Assembly: GCA_023443865.1 (NCBI GenBank)
Contig: JAEZST010000018.1
Coordinates: forward strand, 77,214-141,213
DNA from: Spirochaetota bacterium
Lineage (GTDB): Bacteria > Spirochaetota > Spirochaetia > Treponematales > Treponemataceae
DNA length: 64,000 nt
Direction of reading: 5' to 3'
Part shown: positions 62,660 through 64,000 of the stretch, piece after piece
Layout: every line of letters starts with the position of its first letter
Numbering within the stretch: the first letter of the stretch is position 1
Notes under the pieces: generated by a model
Database searches by the model: none
The model's input: the letters and a program-made list of their open reading frames with translations, nothing else
What the model was told of the DNA's origin: nothing
Translations under genes and position numbers: made by a program

Positions 62660-64000
62660 ATGAAATTACGCACAACGCTATTAGTCGGTTTTTCCGTCGT
62701 AGCCGTCATGTCGTTAGTGGTAGGGATCATAGGCATGAAGAATATGTTCACTATCAATCAAACCAGCACGGTGATGTATGATCGGGAGTTACAGGCAATT
62801 TCGTTGATTAAAGAGGCAAATATCTATTTGCTCTACGCAGATCGCGCAGAAAAGTAGTTTTTACTCGCGGACACGGCGGAATACCGGCAAAGCCAATATG
62901 AAAGTTGGAAGAAGTACGTTGCCGAAGCCGAACGTCTCCTCAAACAGGCAGAACCGAAGTTCTATACCGATGAGGGGAAAGAAATTTATAAAAGCATGTT
63001 TGTATACTTTAATGAGTGGGAACCTATCGCTGAAAAGTTTTTTCTCTCGGAAGCGATAATGCACTCATAATACGCGATGATTCACATGACCTGTCGTTTG
63101 GGGAAGCCCGGGACCGATTTGACCTCTTTGATAAGAGCGTGACCGATGCCTCGCTTAAGATGGAGAGCAACGCGAAAGATCTCGATGAAACGGGCAATGC
63201 GTTATATAAAACAAGCGTCGTACTTCAAATAATCGTAATCTCCTTATCGCTCGTTCTCGGGCTTTTAATCGGAATCGTAATTTCAAATTCCGTATTAAAA
63301 ACCGTTGGCGGCGAACCGTCTGACATCGCGGCAGTCGCGAACGAAGTCGCCTCCGGGAATCTACTGGTCAATACGGCCGACGCGGAGAATAAAACGGGTA
63401 TCCTTAACGCCCTTCTTCGTATGGTTATACGATTACGGGAAGTAATCCAGTCCATGTCTGCGGCGGCCGATCAAGTATCCTCGGGAAGCCAGCAACTGAG
63501 CGGTACCTCGCAAAGCATTGCGCCAGGCGCCAGCGAACAGGCGTCTTCCGTCGTCGAGATTTCCGCCTCAATGGAACAAATGACGTCAAACATAAAACAG
63601 AACGCGGAGAACGCCCAGATAACCGAAAAAATCGCGCAAAAATCCGCGCTTGACGCCGAAACCGGCGGGGAAGCGGTCTCCAAAACGGTCGAGGCAATGA
63701 AATTAATCGCGGTAAAAACTTCCATTATCGAAGAAATCGCCCGCTCAACGAATATGCTTGCGCTCAATGCCTCGATAGAAGCCGCCCGCGCCGGGGAATA
63801 CGGAAAAGGATTCGCCGTCGTCGCCTCTGAGGTAGGGAAGCTCGCGGAGCGTAGCCAAAAGGAGGCTGGAGAGATCAGTAAGCTCTCGAGCGAAAGCGTG
63901 ATGATCGCCGAAAATGCCGGAAATACCATCAAACAAATAATACCGGATATTAAGCGTACCGCTGAGCTTGTTCAGGACATCAGCGCCGCAAGCGTTGAAC
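62660..64000 (+). pseudogene. Methyl-accepting chemotaxis protein gene (4HB-MCP type) disrupted by an in-frame TAG at 62855..62857 and by a frameshift in a T6 run (~63041..63046). The 3' part (from ~63034 in another frame) continues beyond the window end.
   Basis: Fragment 1 (62660..62857) is MKLRTTLLVGFSVVAVMSLVVGIIGM...YADRAEK*. The same frame continues as FLLADTAEYRQSQYESWKKYV...[13 protein letters not shown] +1 frame from 63034 encodes ...[22 protein letters not shown]... (the second transmembrane segment), then HAMP and the MCP signalling domain ([34 protein letters not shown]) with no stop before 64000. Confidence 0.6.

Noticed and set aside
1-64000. CRISPR arrays, transposases, integrases, toxin-antitoxin pairs, prophage genes.
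   Set aside because: No regularly spaced repeat arrays and no transposase or integrase-like ORFs were seen. The only repeat clusters are the tRNA-associated repeats at 12.4-12.8 kb and short operator-like repeats.

Overview
High-GC (~65%) bacterial chromosomal segment, densely coding on both strands, probably from an anaerobe (spirochete-like or deltaproteobacterium-like). Most of the window is housekeeping or accessory metabolism: aroDE, a PASTA protein, fmt-def, the proABC operon, trxB, a GH3 hydrolase, tyrS, two aldo/keto reductases, a MocR regulator, metE-metF, a flotillin-like protein, a LysR regulator, two chemotaxis receptors, a patatin/beta-barrel phospholipase, an ABC-2 exporter, plsC, pepF, a MoxR-DUF58-DUF4129 operon and a GH15-like glycosidase.

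The most interesting part is 12.8-18.4 kb. A PAS-domain sigma-54 enhancer-binding protein sits next to a 220-bp divergent region that carries two perfect-consensus sigma-54 promoters (TGGCACG-N4-TTGC), one on each strand. One promoter drives a small DUF5320-like glycine/arginine-rich protein. The other drives a tightly translationally coupled six-gene operon: NifX/NafY-like, NifX/NafY-like, MinD-type ATPase with 2x[4Fe-4S], a second such ATPase, Mrp/NBP35, and a third NifX/NafY-like protein. No nitrogenase structural genes are present. This looks like a conserved but functionally uncharacterised sigma-54-controlled Fe-S / metallocluster-handling module.

Other points: a tRNA-Cys(GCA) gene that the ORF track cannot show (12511..12582), followed by a perfect 54-bp palindromic terminator and by repeats copied from the tRNA ends; a low-GC (~42%) segment at 61.5-63.3 kb carrying an XRE regulator, a PAS-like protein and a chemotaxis-receptor gene broken by an in-frame TAG and a frameshift in a T6 run; a flotillin with five tandem N-terminal repeat modules; an unusual FliN-FliN-FliM-like fusion protein; and several candidate operator repeats. 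Many long ORFs in the track are high-GC antisense or frame artefacts and were ignored.

My line-based coordinates may be off by +/-1 in places.
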